A DNA stretch of 64,000 nt from an uncultured Chloroflexia bacterium (lineage in GTDB: Bacteria; Chloroflexota; UBA6077; JACCZL01): positions 1 to 64,000 of the forward strand of contig CAVXYC010000026.1 of the NCBI GenBank assembly GCA_963765765.1. Reading direction: 5' to 3'. Below are positions 1 to 10,366 of this stretch, piece by piece. Each line of letters starts with the position of its first letter. Within the stretch, counting starts at the first letter, position 1. The translations under genes and the position numbers were made by a program. Under the pieces are notes generated by a model. It worked only from the letters and a program-made list of their open reading frames with translations. It searched no databases and had not been told where the DNA came from.

Positions 1-93
1 CCCGTGGATCACGCCCTCCTCGGCCTCGACTCGATCGACGTGTGCCTCCACCACCGCGACGCCGGCCCCGGCAAGGAGGCTTTTGGGTGGCCA

Positions 94-900
94 ATGGCTG
101 ACTTCTTCGACCGCCTCGTATCGAGCGCGCTCGGCGAGCGGCGAGTTGTCGCGCCGTCGAGCCGCTCGGTATTCGAGTCGATGCCTGAAGCAAACACTCG
201 AATTCTGACCCCGCTGCCGGACGAGATCGACGAGGAGCTGCCTTCCGAGCATGCGTCCCGCTCGTATCCTCGGGATCGTCCGCCGCCTCAGTCGTCTGGG
301 CCCGAAATCGCGTTCGACGATGGCCGGCCAGTGCAACCGAGACCCCGGCAGACTCGCGGACTTGAGCCCGCTCTGCCCTTCGAGCAAGCGGTCGAGACCA
401 CGTCGCCCGAGTGGTCGAGTGGCCCAGCGTCCCAGACGCGCCTGGACACGCAGCGTCCATCTCCTCCCGAGCCCAAGCCGCGCCGTGACCCACAGCGCGC
501 ATCTCCTCACCAGCCCGAGCCGGTCCTGTCCGAGATCTCGTTCCACGGAGAGGAGCGAGTACCTGCCCGGACATTGTTTCCGGAGCGTGCGTCCGATCTA
601 TCGCGCATGTTTCCCGGTGACCCCACGCCGCCTCCGGGACACAACGAACCGCGCGGGGAGCGTCCCGTGGAGGTTGTCCGACGCTCGACCACGATTCCCA
701 TTCAGTCGAGCCAGACTCCGCCTGCCCAGGTCCCCGATATCGAGACCGTAGAGACCACTATCCGCGTCTCCATCGGCCGGATCGATGTGCGTGCCTCTAC
801 TCCGGTGGCCGAGACGCCGCGCCCGCGACCGGCGCGCCCGACTCCGCGTACCACGCTCGATTCCTATCTCGAGCGCGCTTCCAGACGGGGCCAACGTTGA
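94..900 (+). CDS. Pro-rich eCIS-associated hypothetical protein
   Basis: ATG at 94 (MADFFDRLV..), AAGGAGG upstream. Long Pro/Arg-rich disordered middle. C-terminal 'TIRVSIGRIDVRA...TLDSYLER' resembles proteins usually found just upstream of DUF4255 in eCIS loci. Stop overlaps the next start. Confidence 0.6.
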   Translation: MADFFDRLVSSALGERRVVAPSSRSVFESMPEANTRILTPLPDEIDEELPSEHASRSYPRDRPPPQSSGPEIAFDDGRPVQPRPRQTRGLEPALPFEQAVETTSPEWSSGPASQTRLDTQRPSPPEPKPRRDPQRASPHQPEPVLSEISFHGEERVPARTLFPERASDLSRMFPGDPTPPPGHNEPRGERPVEVVRRSTTIPIQSSQTPPAQVPDIETVETTIRVSIGRIDVRASTPVAETPRPRPARPTPRTTLDSYLERASRRGQR

Positions 901-2194
901 GCAATTACCTGGCCATCGCTGGGGTCACAGCCACGCTCGTGCAATTGCTGCAGGAGGCCCTACGCTCGACTTCAACGGAGCGCAGGTCTCGGCCGGTCGG
1001 CCTGACGCGGACGCGGGACCCAATGCCGATCCTGCCATCCGGGTGTTTCTGTACCGAGTCGAACCCAATGCCGATTGGCGAAACGACGATCTGCCGACGC
1101 GAAACGGCGATGGCGCCGTCATGCAACGCCCGCAAGCGGCCCTGACGCTCCAATACCTGATCTCATTTATTGGCAACGAGGCCGAATATGCGCCGCAGCG
1201 GCTCCTGGGGTCGGCCGTGCGGACGCTGCACACGCATCCGTACCTGACCCGCGAAGAGATCGGGCGGATGGTGCAGGGCGCACTGGATGAGGATCCTAAT
1301 CACCCGCTTGGGCGCGTCGACCTGGCCGAGCAGCCTGACATCGTGCGGTTCATGCCGCTCACGCTGTCCGTGGAAGATCTCTCGAACCTTTGGTCGTCGT
1401 TCTTTCAGGCCGAGTGCCGTCTGTCAGTCGCGTATCAGGCGGCGGTCGTGCTGCTTACTCCGGATGTTTCGCCGGTGCGCGCGCTGCCCGTGCGCGATCG
1501 GCGCCTGTTCGTCTCGACGATTTTGCGTCCTCGAATCGACCGCGTTATTCCCGTCGAAGGTGAAGATATCCCGCTTCTGCCGGGCTCAGTTGTGCGCATC
1601 AGCGGCAGTCAGCTGCGAGGCGACGAGAGCACGATCGTTCGGTTCGGCGAAGCAAGCGTTACACCTCCGTCCGCGGCAATCGCCGCCGATCGCATCGAGG
1701 TAGCGGTCCCGGATGCCGTTCGCGCCGGCGCTGTGGGCCTCCGAGTCGAGCACCGGCGGGCAATGGGCGAGCCGCCCGAGCTCCGACTAGCCGGCCAGTC
1801 GAATGTCGTACCAGTCGTGGTGCATCCGCGTATCCGACCGGATGGCGGCGGCCATCTCGTTTCGATTTCCGACGTAACGAACGATCCAGACGGCAATCGT
1901 TCCGGAGTTATCGATGTGACCGTGGATCCACCGGTCGGCTTGCGTCAGCAAGTCGCCGTGCTGCTTAACGCGCTGGGCGCCGCGGGAGAGTCGTTCTCCT
2001 TCTTTGACGATCGACGAGACTCGCCTGGAGCGCCGGAGGTCACCAACACGCTCGACGTGGCCTTCACGGGCCTGCCCGCTGGTGACTATCTCGTGCGAGT
2101 GCAGGTGGACGGCGCGGAAAGTCCGCTCGACGTGGAGACCGCCCCGGGGCCCGCTCAAGGGACGTACACAGCGCCCAGGGTGACCGTTCCATGA
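897..2194 (+). CDS. DUF4255 / Pvc16-Afp16-like cap (tail terminator) protein with C-terminal IPT/Ig-like extension; frameshift near 961
   Basis: N-terminus MSNYLAIAGVTATLVQLL joins the 785..2194 frame 'VFLYRVEPNADWRN...LTLQYLIS...QRLLGSAVRTLH...LSNLWSSF...RLSVAYQAAVV'. These are DUF4255 hallmark motifs. They are followed by beta-rich 'VRISGSQL..IVRFG' and 'GDYLVRVQVDGAES'. Confidence 0.85.
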
Positions 2195-4123
2195 GCGGGA
2201 GCTGGGTGGAGGCGAACCAGCGCTACACGGCGGCTTGCATACGTCGGGTTACGGCTTTCCTGGTCTACGGACCCTCCGCGGACGTCCGCGAGATTGACAC
2301 TGAGCTTCGTGAGTGCGAAGCGGCGATGGATCGGCCGCCGGCCCTTATTGCTCTGCGCGATGCGTTCGGCCTTTCTGGATTCGAGCAGGACCTGCTGACG
2401 CTCTGCGCTGGCGTTGCACTGGACAATGGCGTACGTCGAGCCCTGGCAGAAGGTCGCGGCGAAGACTCGCGACATTCCGCACCAACGTTTGGGCTGGCGC
2501 TCGCGGTCCTTCCCAATGCCCACTGGCGGGCACTCACGCCGGCCTCGCCGCTTAGACGCTGGGGCCTCGTGGAGAGCGGACCGGGGGCGGTTATCACCGA
2601 GTGCCCACTGAGTGTAAGCGAGCGCGTGCTTCACTATATTGCCGGGATCCACTTCGTTGACGAGTCGCTTGGGATATCGGGGACCGAGGCAGCTCCCGAG
2701 CTGACCGAGGGCCAGATAGAGGTGGCACGAGGAGCAGTTGCCAGCATCGCCCGCATCCAGCGTGGGCGAGCTCCGGCTGATCCAGCTTTATGCTCCAGGA
2801 CGTGACGCCGGGCGCGGTGTCGCCGCCGCCATTGCTCAGTCGATTGGATTAACCGCCGCGATGCTACAGCCGGAAGACGTCCCGTCTGCCACTGTGGACC
2901 GGCTGGCGTTCGCCCGCAAGGTGGAGCGTGAGGCGGTGCTTGCACATCTCCTACCGGTACTGGATTGCCTTGGCACCGAGGGCGATCAGCTCAGGCCGGC
3001 TGCGCGTTTCTCGGACGAGATCGCCGGGCCGTTGATCGTAATTTCCACGCACCCGCTGGAGCTTTCACGCGAGGACGTTCGATTCTCTATCCCATCCGCC
3101 ACGACGGACGAGCGGTTGGAGGCCTGGACGGCTGCCCTGGGGCCGATGCGCGATCGACTGAATGGCCAGACTCGCCAGATCGCTGAGCTTTTTCATCTCG
3201 ACCCGACGGCCATTCGAGCGACCGCCGCGGAATTCTCTTCGCGCGTGGGTGAGCATTCTGGCGATGCGGGATCGCTGCTCTGGGAGCTAAGTCGTGCCCG
3301 CGCCCGACCGCGACTCGAGCACCTGACCGAGAGAGTGACCACCTCGGTGAGCTGGGACATGCTAGTCCTGCCTGAAGCCCAGGCTCAGATGGTTCGCGAG
3401 ATCGCCGCGCACGCCCGCTGGCGCGGGCGAGTCTATCGAGAATGGGGGTTCGGCCATGGGAACGCTCGTGGCCTCGGGATCTCTGCTCTCTTCTCCGGTC
3501 CAAGTGGCACAGGCAAGAGCATGACTGCTGAGGTTCTTGCCTGCGACCTTGGCCTTGACCTGTATCGGATCGATCTGAGCCGCGTGGTGAGCAAGTACAT
3601 CGGTGAAACGGAGAGGAACCTCGGCACCGTATTCGACGAGGCCGAAGGGGCTGGGGCGATCCTCCTCTTCGACGAGGCAGATGCCCTCTTCGGGAAGCGG
3701 AGCGAGGTGAAGGACTCCCACGATCGCTATGCAAACCTCGAGATCAGCTACCTACTCCAGCGGATGGAGGCTTATGACGGCCTGGCCATCCTCACCACAA
3801 ACCAGCGAAGCGCGCTCGATCCGGCATTTCTACGCCGCATTCGGTTCGTAGTCCAGTTCCCGTTTCCTGACGCGGCGGCGCGAGCCGAGATCTGGAAACG
3901 CACATTTCCCAGGGAGGCGCCCACCGACGGGCTGGACTACGAGCGTCTCTCCGGGCTGAACGTCGCCGGCGGAAACATCCGCAACATGGCGTTGAACGCC
4001 GCTTTCCACGCGGCGGCCACTGGCTCGCCTGTGCGGATGGAGCACGTCCTGCTGGCTGCTCGCGCCGAGTACGCGAAGCTCGAGCGCCCGCTTCCCGAAG
4101 CGGAGGTGCGCGGATGGCGATGA
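2191..4123 (+). CDS. AAA+ ATPase (Afp15/Pvc15-like); frameshift near 2760
   Basis: N-terminal winged-helix-like 'LRDAFGLSGFEQDLLTLCAGVALD..PTFGLAL..ASPLRRWGLV'. Walker A GPSGTGKS, 'DLSRVVSKYIGETERNL', Walker B ILLFDEAD, 'DSHDRYAN', second region of homology 'TTN..LDPAFLRR'. Confidence 0.92.
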
Positions 4124-4383
4124 AGCGATCCGTCTCCGTCGAATTGGCTATAGAGCAGGTCACCGTGGAGGGCGTCGGCCCGCGAAATGGTTTCGCCCTG
4201 AAGCTGGCACTGCAGCGTGAGCTGGCACGACTTGTCCGCGAGCGGGGCGTACCCCAGGGCTGGGATCACGAGAGATCCGGTCAGGTCATCGACATTCCGT
4301 CGCTCCAGTGGGACGGTCGTGGCGGCGAGACGGGCCTGGCTGCGGCGCTCGCCGGTGAGCTCTACAAGGAGTTTGACCGGTGA
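4120..4383 (+). CDS. Small eCIS accessory hypothetical protein
   Basis: 87-aa ORF translationally coupled on both sides (ATGA and GTGA overlaps). Motif 'VELAIEQVTVEG...LALQRELARL...LAAALAGELY'. Confidence 0.7.
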   Translation: MKRSVSVELAIEQVTVEGVGPRNGFALKLALQRELARLVRERGVPQGWDHERSGQVIDIPSLQWDGRGGETGLAAALAGELYKEFDR

Positions 4384-7300
4384 GTGACCGCATGGCGGCG
4401 GTCGTCGAGCGCGCACGCAAGCCTGCCGGGAACGCGCGAGTGAAGGTAGCCGGACAGTCTGCCGTCGATTCGCTTCCCGCGGCTGATGCCCAGCGAATCG
4501 AGCTTCCGTACCGCGATCGCCTGGAGGAGCGCTTCGGACGACCCCTGGACCAATTGAAGGTCTTCTCAGGGGCGGCTGTCGAGGACGAGCTGCACTCCAT
4601 GTCCGCCGCGGCGGCGAGCCGTGACGGCGTCATTTTTCTGGCCGATTCTCATCCGCCCATGGAGGTGGTGGCGCACGAAGTCGCGCACGCGCTGCAGTCT
4701 GAGAAGCCGGGCGTATCGCGCTCGGTTGAGCCGGAGGGCTCACCGGCCGAAATTGAGGCAGCGCGAGTAGCCAGGGAAACCAACCGGTCGGGCAGTCTTC
4801 AAGCGCCTGTTACGGTGGGCGAGGGCATCGGACCCGGGACGCTGGCGCTCTTGCGACTCAGCCCACCGAGCTCAACAGAGACACCCACGATCTCGCCTAC
4901 GGCCTCGAAGCTTGACGTGCCCGCTGCCGAGGCCGTCACCGAGTCACCGACGTCGACTCAGGCAGATACGGCTGGTCCGACGGCGGCTCCGTGCCATGCC
5001 CCAGACGGAGTCCGGCGCCGCGCCGGCCGAAGATGCCTTCGAACTTCCTCCGTCGCCCGAGCTGACCGTCTCGGCCGAGCAGGTAGCGGAGCGTGAAGCC
5101 GCTCTTGCCGAGGCAGAAGCGGCATTGGCTGCCGCGTCCACCACCACGGGCGCTCTGGAGGCGTATGCCGCTGCCCCGCCCACGCTCAAGGCTCAGCGGG
5201 CCGGCACGCTCGAGTCCGACATCGCCGGCCTCGCCCAGACGGAGACTCAGGAGCTGCAGGCGGATGTTCCTGAGCTGCACGCATCACTGAGTGGCGCTGA
5301 GGAGCCCGCCGAAGCGGTTCCCGTCCTGGCGCCACCCGCTGAAGCCGTGACGCTGGAGGAAGGCGTCGTTGCCCCCGCACCTGAGCCGGAGGTCGCAGAT
5401 GTGCCGTCGCCCGGGCCGTTCGAGGCTGTGGCGGATGTAACGCGCGCGTTCAACGGAATCGTCGACCCGGATCCGAACGCGTTCGCGGACCAGATCGGGG
5501 AATCGCTGGGCGCGGTTCAGACCACGGACCCAGACGTCCCGCAATCTCCCGGACCCCCGCCAGGGATTCCGCTCGGCGGTGAGACGGACCCCGAGCGCAT
5601 GGCTGAGATCGAGTCCGCGGGCAGTGCAGAGTCAGCCGGCGCCCGCGCCGGGGCCGCGCAAGCTGTCGTTGAAGGTCCCGGGCCAGAACGCGTGCAGCCA
5701 ACATCGCTCGATGAGCCCTATCAGGTCGGCGCGTTGACGGTACCCGTTATCAGCGGCGCTCCCGTGCCCGAGGGGCCTGAAACGTATGTCGCGATGGCGC
5801 TGCCGCCGGAGGTTCAGGTCGCATTTGACGAGCAGCAGCACGCCGCCATGGAAGCGAGCATGTCCCAGGCCGTCGGCCAGGCCGAAGTAGCCACGACCGA
5901 GCGGGATACGGCCAAGGAGACCGCGGTCGCCGAGGCGGAGGCCGGCGTCGCCAGGCTCAATGAGGAAGCCGACGGCCAGCAATCCACAGCGGTCCTGGCG
6001 TCGCGTACCGAGATCCAGACCGCGCGCCAGACCACGCTCGATGCCCAACAGGCCGAGGTCGAGCGCGTCGAGACGGAAGCGTCCGTTCAGCGGCTCGCCG
6101 ATGAGGAGCGGATCGGCACACGTGTGACTGATGACCAGGCCTTGATCGACGGTAAGTACGTTGAGGCCGAGGGCCAGATCCAGGACCAGGTCGCGGAAGG
6201 CGAGCGGCAAGCCGAGGCGAAGAAGCTCGAGGCCGAGCAGGATGCCGAGAACGAGAGCTGGTGGGACCGAGCCGTCAGCTTCGTCAAGGAGGCATTCAAC
6301 GCGCTGATCGACGCGATCGGCGAAGTCTTTGACGCCATTCGAAGCGCGGTGAACGGGATACTCGACGCGGTGAAAGAAGCTGCCCTCGCGATCATCGACG
6401 CCGTGGCCGGCTTCATCAAGGACGCGATCGCGGCCTACGGCGAGCTCCTCAAGGCTGCCATCAACGGACTCATCGGCGAGATCTTCCCGGGGCTGGCCGA
6501 AACGCTGAACGCCGCCATCGACACGGCCGTCTCGACCGCGCAAGCGGCGGTCGACGTTGTTGCCGATGGACTCAAGGCCGGTGTCTCGGCGCTCGTGGAA
6601 GGCCTGCGCGCCGGGTCTGAACAAGATCATCGACGCGTATCAGGCCGCCATAACCTTCGCGCTCAGCATTGCGGCGGCCGCCATCACCGGTGATTGGGGC
6701 GCCCTGGCGCGTCGGGTTCTGGAGGCCGTCCTCCGCCTTATCGGTGTCGATCCGGAGAGCTTCTACGCGTTTGTCGGACGCGCCGAAGAGACCTTCAACA
6801 TCATCGTGAATGACCCGCTTGGATTCCTCGGGAACCTGGTCAGCGCGGTCGTGGGTGGCGTCCAGCGGTTCGCCGACAACATCGTCGCCCACCTCCAGGT
6901 CGGTGTGATCGGCTGGCTCACGGGTGCTCTCGGGAGCGCCGGTATCGTGCTGCCTCCGGCGTTCGACCTCCTCGGCGTGCTGGATCTTGCACGCCAGATC
7001 CTCGGCCTTACGTGGGACCACTTGCGGAAGAAGGCCGTGACGCTCATTGGCGAACAGAACGTGGAGCGGCTCGAGGTCGTCTACGAGTTCATCGAGACGC
7101 TCGTGACCGAGGGATGGGGCGGACTCTGGGCAAAGATCATGGACAGCGTCGCGACCGTCCGAGACCTCGTGTTCGAGGGTATCAAGTCGTTCCTGCTGGA
7201 GAAGATCATCATCGCGGCGGTCACAAAGATCGCCAGCCTGTTCAGCCCGGTCGGGGCAATCGTTCAACTCGTGATCACCGCCTGGAACCTTTTCACGTTC

Positions 7301-9330
7301 CTACGCGACCAGCTTGCCCGAATTGTCCAGGTGGTCCAGTCGGTCATCGATGCGATTGGCGACATCGCTCGCGGCGTCCTAGAAGGCGCCATCGCGAAGG
7401 TGGAAAGCGTTCTCGGCAGCCTTCTGCCCATCGCCATAGACTTGCTGGCGCGGCTCCTCGGACTGGGCAACGTTGGCGCCCGGGTGAAGGAGATCGTTGA
7501 GCAGATTCGGGCGATGGTGGACAAGGCGGTCGATGCGCTTATTCAGCGCACCGTGGCGCTGTTCAAGGGGGGCGGGAAGGGGGTTGCTGCGCCTGGGACC
7601 GACGCCGGGACCGACACCACGATGGTCGCCGACGCAGGCGTCCCGTCAGCCGAAGAAGCCGACAGCGATACGGTGACAGAGACCTTCCGTGTCCCTGGCG
7701 AGGAGCACATTCTGCGCGCGGTGGTTGCGGGTGATGAGGCCGTTCCTGAGATGGCCAGCGGCGAGTTCCACGGACTCGTTAAGAGGGTGACTCAGCTCAC
7801 GGACGCTCTTGACGCGAAGTATAGAAATCCGAAGGACACGGACCTATACGTCGGGGACACTCGAGCCGCGGAGCTCAAGGTGGAGTTCAGGACGATAGTT
7901 CAAATGGCGTCGGACCTTGTGATGACCCTCGGTGCGGCAAAGGCTCCACCTTCAGCCAGTGAGGAGGAAAAGAAAGCGGCGGAGAAGAAGGAGCGGAAGA
8001 TCGTCGCTGATGGGTTTGTAGCACTGCGACACAAGTTTGAGGGTCTCGACCTCGTAGAAGAACTTGACCTGACTAAGCTCAGCCCTGGCCACGGACCAAA
8101 GCCGCTCGGAATGGCCTCATGGGGCCGCAGTTGGGGTTTCCAGGTCAACCCGTTGTCCGTCGCATCGCTAGGGAAAGGGCAGGGCGCGAGCGGACCCGTT
8201 CCAGGATGGAAAATTTTGCCCTTCTACGAACGGGGACACCTCGTGGCTAATTCCCTCGGCGGCCCAGGTGGAGACGAGAACCTTGTGCCGATGTCGGGGG
8301 CGACCAATCGGAGGAAGCCGGCATCCAAAAAATGGAAGACAGTCTTCGCTTCGCGCTCGACCAGATGGTCAAAAAGCCTGACGTGTACAACTTCGAGAAC
8401 GGACAGTACGAATTCGACTATCGAGGAGTCGTCACCGACTACTGGGAAGCACCCACGCTCCAGGAGGATCTCGATGAACATGGAGTCGCGTTGCCACTTT
8501 CCGGTTCAAACGCTGTTCTTGTTTGCGAGCACTGGCGGTGCGTCGAAGGGCATCAGTGACCAGCAGATTCTCGCGTGCATTCAGCCGCCGAGATCGGCCT
8601 CGATCCGTCCGCGCTGGCTGATCTGACGCAGCGGTTAGCGACGTGGGCCCTATTCCGTGACGACATCGCCCAACTACGGGCCGAGATGCGCGAGTCCATC
8701 GACGCGTTGGCAGGGGAGGAAGAGGACCAGCTCGACTTGCGAGTACGGAAAAGGCGCAAGATGCCGCGGCCCAGGAGGCTGGCGCCATTCTGGAAGCGCT
8801 AGACGTCGGAGTATGGACAAGTCCAAGAATTCAGAGGGCGCATTCTGCGTCTTTCAGATCCCGCGCCATCGGAGATTCACGCGACGATTGCCATGGTCGT
8901 CGCCCAGGCTTCCCGAGATTCTGCGCGTGCCGATCTGAACACCGCACAGGGTGAGCTCAGGTCAGCTCAAGCCGAGTTAGAGGCGGCAGCGGCCAGTCTA
9001 CCCGCCGAAACGGATAGCAGCTCCGTAGCAGGCCAGGCATTGCAGGCTGCGCTTGATAGGGTCTCCGTCGCTGAGACGACGGTCAACGATGCTCGGAAGC
9101 GATATGTCGATGCCCGTGAGCTGCTCACGGCCGTGGAAGCGGGAGTTGACGTCGTCAAACTCGCCAGCAACGTTCGCCGTCATGCTCGCTTTCCGATTCC
9201 TTCCCGCAAAACATCAAGGCTTACGCGACAGTCGAGAAGGAGCCTGAAGTGGGGCGAGGCCAGCTGGAGACCCTACGCAGGGAATCAAAGCTGATGTCTC
9301 CACACGGTGATGGTCCGGAATGGGTGGACT
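4380..9330 (+). CDS. Giant DUF4157 (eCIS core domain) effector: DUF4157 + acidic/Ala linker + tape-measure-like helical region + His-Me endonuclease-like toxin domain; several frameshifts, 3' end approximate
   Basis: Joined ORFs 4380-5096, 4912-6693, 6557-8626, 8332-8559, 8575-8802 and 8893-9294. DUF4157 'LPYRDRLEERFGRPLDQLKVF...AHEVAHALQ' (HExxH near 4674). 'ESWWDRAVSFVK' and a hydrophobic helical repeat region. Nuclease motif 'YERGHLVANSLGGPG..ENLVPMS..TN' at 8225-8310. Confidence 0.78.
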
Positions 9331-9402
9331 GATGGTCAACTGTACACGCGCGAGAGTGTTACCCAGCCAACTGCGGCGAATCCGGTCCAGTGGTAGGGAG
9401 CA

Positions 9403-10059
9403 TCTTCGACCTCAAGCCCGCTTTCCCCACCGGTCTTCAAGGGCGCCCTGATCGCGGCAGATCCCCTGCGGCCGCTGTCGAGCGTGGTTGTCTTCCAATA
9501 CAACCCCGAAACCATGACGCGCACGCTCACCGCACGGACGACGGGCGGTGAGGCCGGCTCGGGGCCGCTGCGGATCTCAGGGCCGCCGGAGGAGACGCTT
9601 AAGCTGGCGATCGAGATCGACGCTACCGACCAGCTCGAGTCCGGCGATCCGATTGCCTCCGCTCTGGGCATCGCGCCGGCTCTGGCTGCGCTGGAGCTGC
9701 TGCTCTACCCGAGCTCGGGCGTCGTCATCGCAAACGAGGTGCTCGCCCGAGCAGGAGTTATTGAGATCATTCCAATGGAAGCGCCGCTCACCTTGCTTGT
9801 CTGGGGCGCGCGGCGCATCCTGCCTGTCCGTGTCACGGACTTCTCGATCGCTGAAGAAGCGTTCGACACGGCGCTCAACCCTATCCGCGCCAAGGTGGAT
9901 CTCGGGCTACGGGTGGTCAGCTACTACGACTCAGGACTCCTGAGCGCCTCGGGCGCGCTATCTCTGGCGGCGCATATCGCCCGTGAGGTCCTGGGCACCA
10001 TGAACACGGCCGAATCCGTGGCTGCCGCGGTTCGCTCCGTCACCGGGCAGGGAGGGTAA
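9403..10059 (+). CDS. Afp7/Pvc7-like CIS tube-initiator-type protein (start codon uncertain)
   Basis: 'SPPVFKGALI..VVVFQYNPETMTRTL...PPEETLKLAIEIDATD...LTLLVWGARRILPVRVTDFSIAEEAFDTALNPIRAKVDLGLRV'. This is typical of the gene preceding LysM in eCIS loci. The frame is open from the TAG at 9394-9396. Confidence 0.8.
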   Translation, partial: SSTSSPLSPPVFKGALIAADPLRPLSSVVVFQYNPETMTRTLTARTTGGEAGSGPLRISGPPEETLKLAIEIDATDQLESGDPIASALGIAPALAALELLLYPSSGVVIANEVLARAGVIEIIPMEAPLTLLVWGARRILPVRVTDFSIAEEAFDTALNPIRAKVDLGLRVVSYYDSGLLSASGALSLAAHIAREVLGTMNTAESVAAAVRSVTGQGG

Positions 10060-10061
10060 CC

Positions 10062-10364
10062 ATGGCGTTTGGCCCTAACAGTCGCTACTACGATGTCGAG
10101 ACCGCTGAGCTAACCGTCATTGACGCGAACGGTCAGGAGCGGACGATCGCGTATAAGCGTCGACGGATCATCCCCTCCTACCAGGATCAGCCTTCCATGG
10201 TCGAGCATCGGGTCTCGGAGGGCGAACGGCTCGACAACCTGACCGCTCGCTACACGGGTGACCCAACGTTGTTCTGGATGATCTGCGACGCCAACGAGGT
10301 CATTCATCCCGGCGAGCTGGAAACCGTGGGCCGAGTCGTTCGTATAGCGATGGCGAGGCGATAG
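10062..10364 (+). CDS. LysM-domain baseplate (tail X-like) protein
   Basis: 'SRYY...EHRVSEGERLDNLTARYTGDPTLFWMICDAN' LysM signature. RBS GGAGG upstream. Confidence 0.88.
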   Translation: MAFGPNSRYYDVETAELTVIDANGQERTIAYKRRRIIPSYQDQPSMVEHRVSEGERLDNLTARYTGDPTLFWMICDANEVIHPGELETVGRVVRIAMARR

Positions 10365-10366
10365 GC

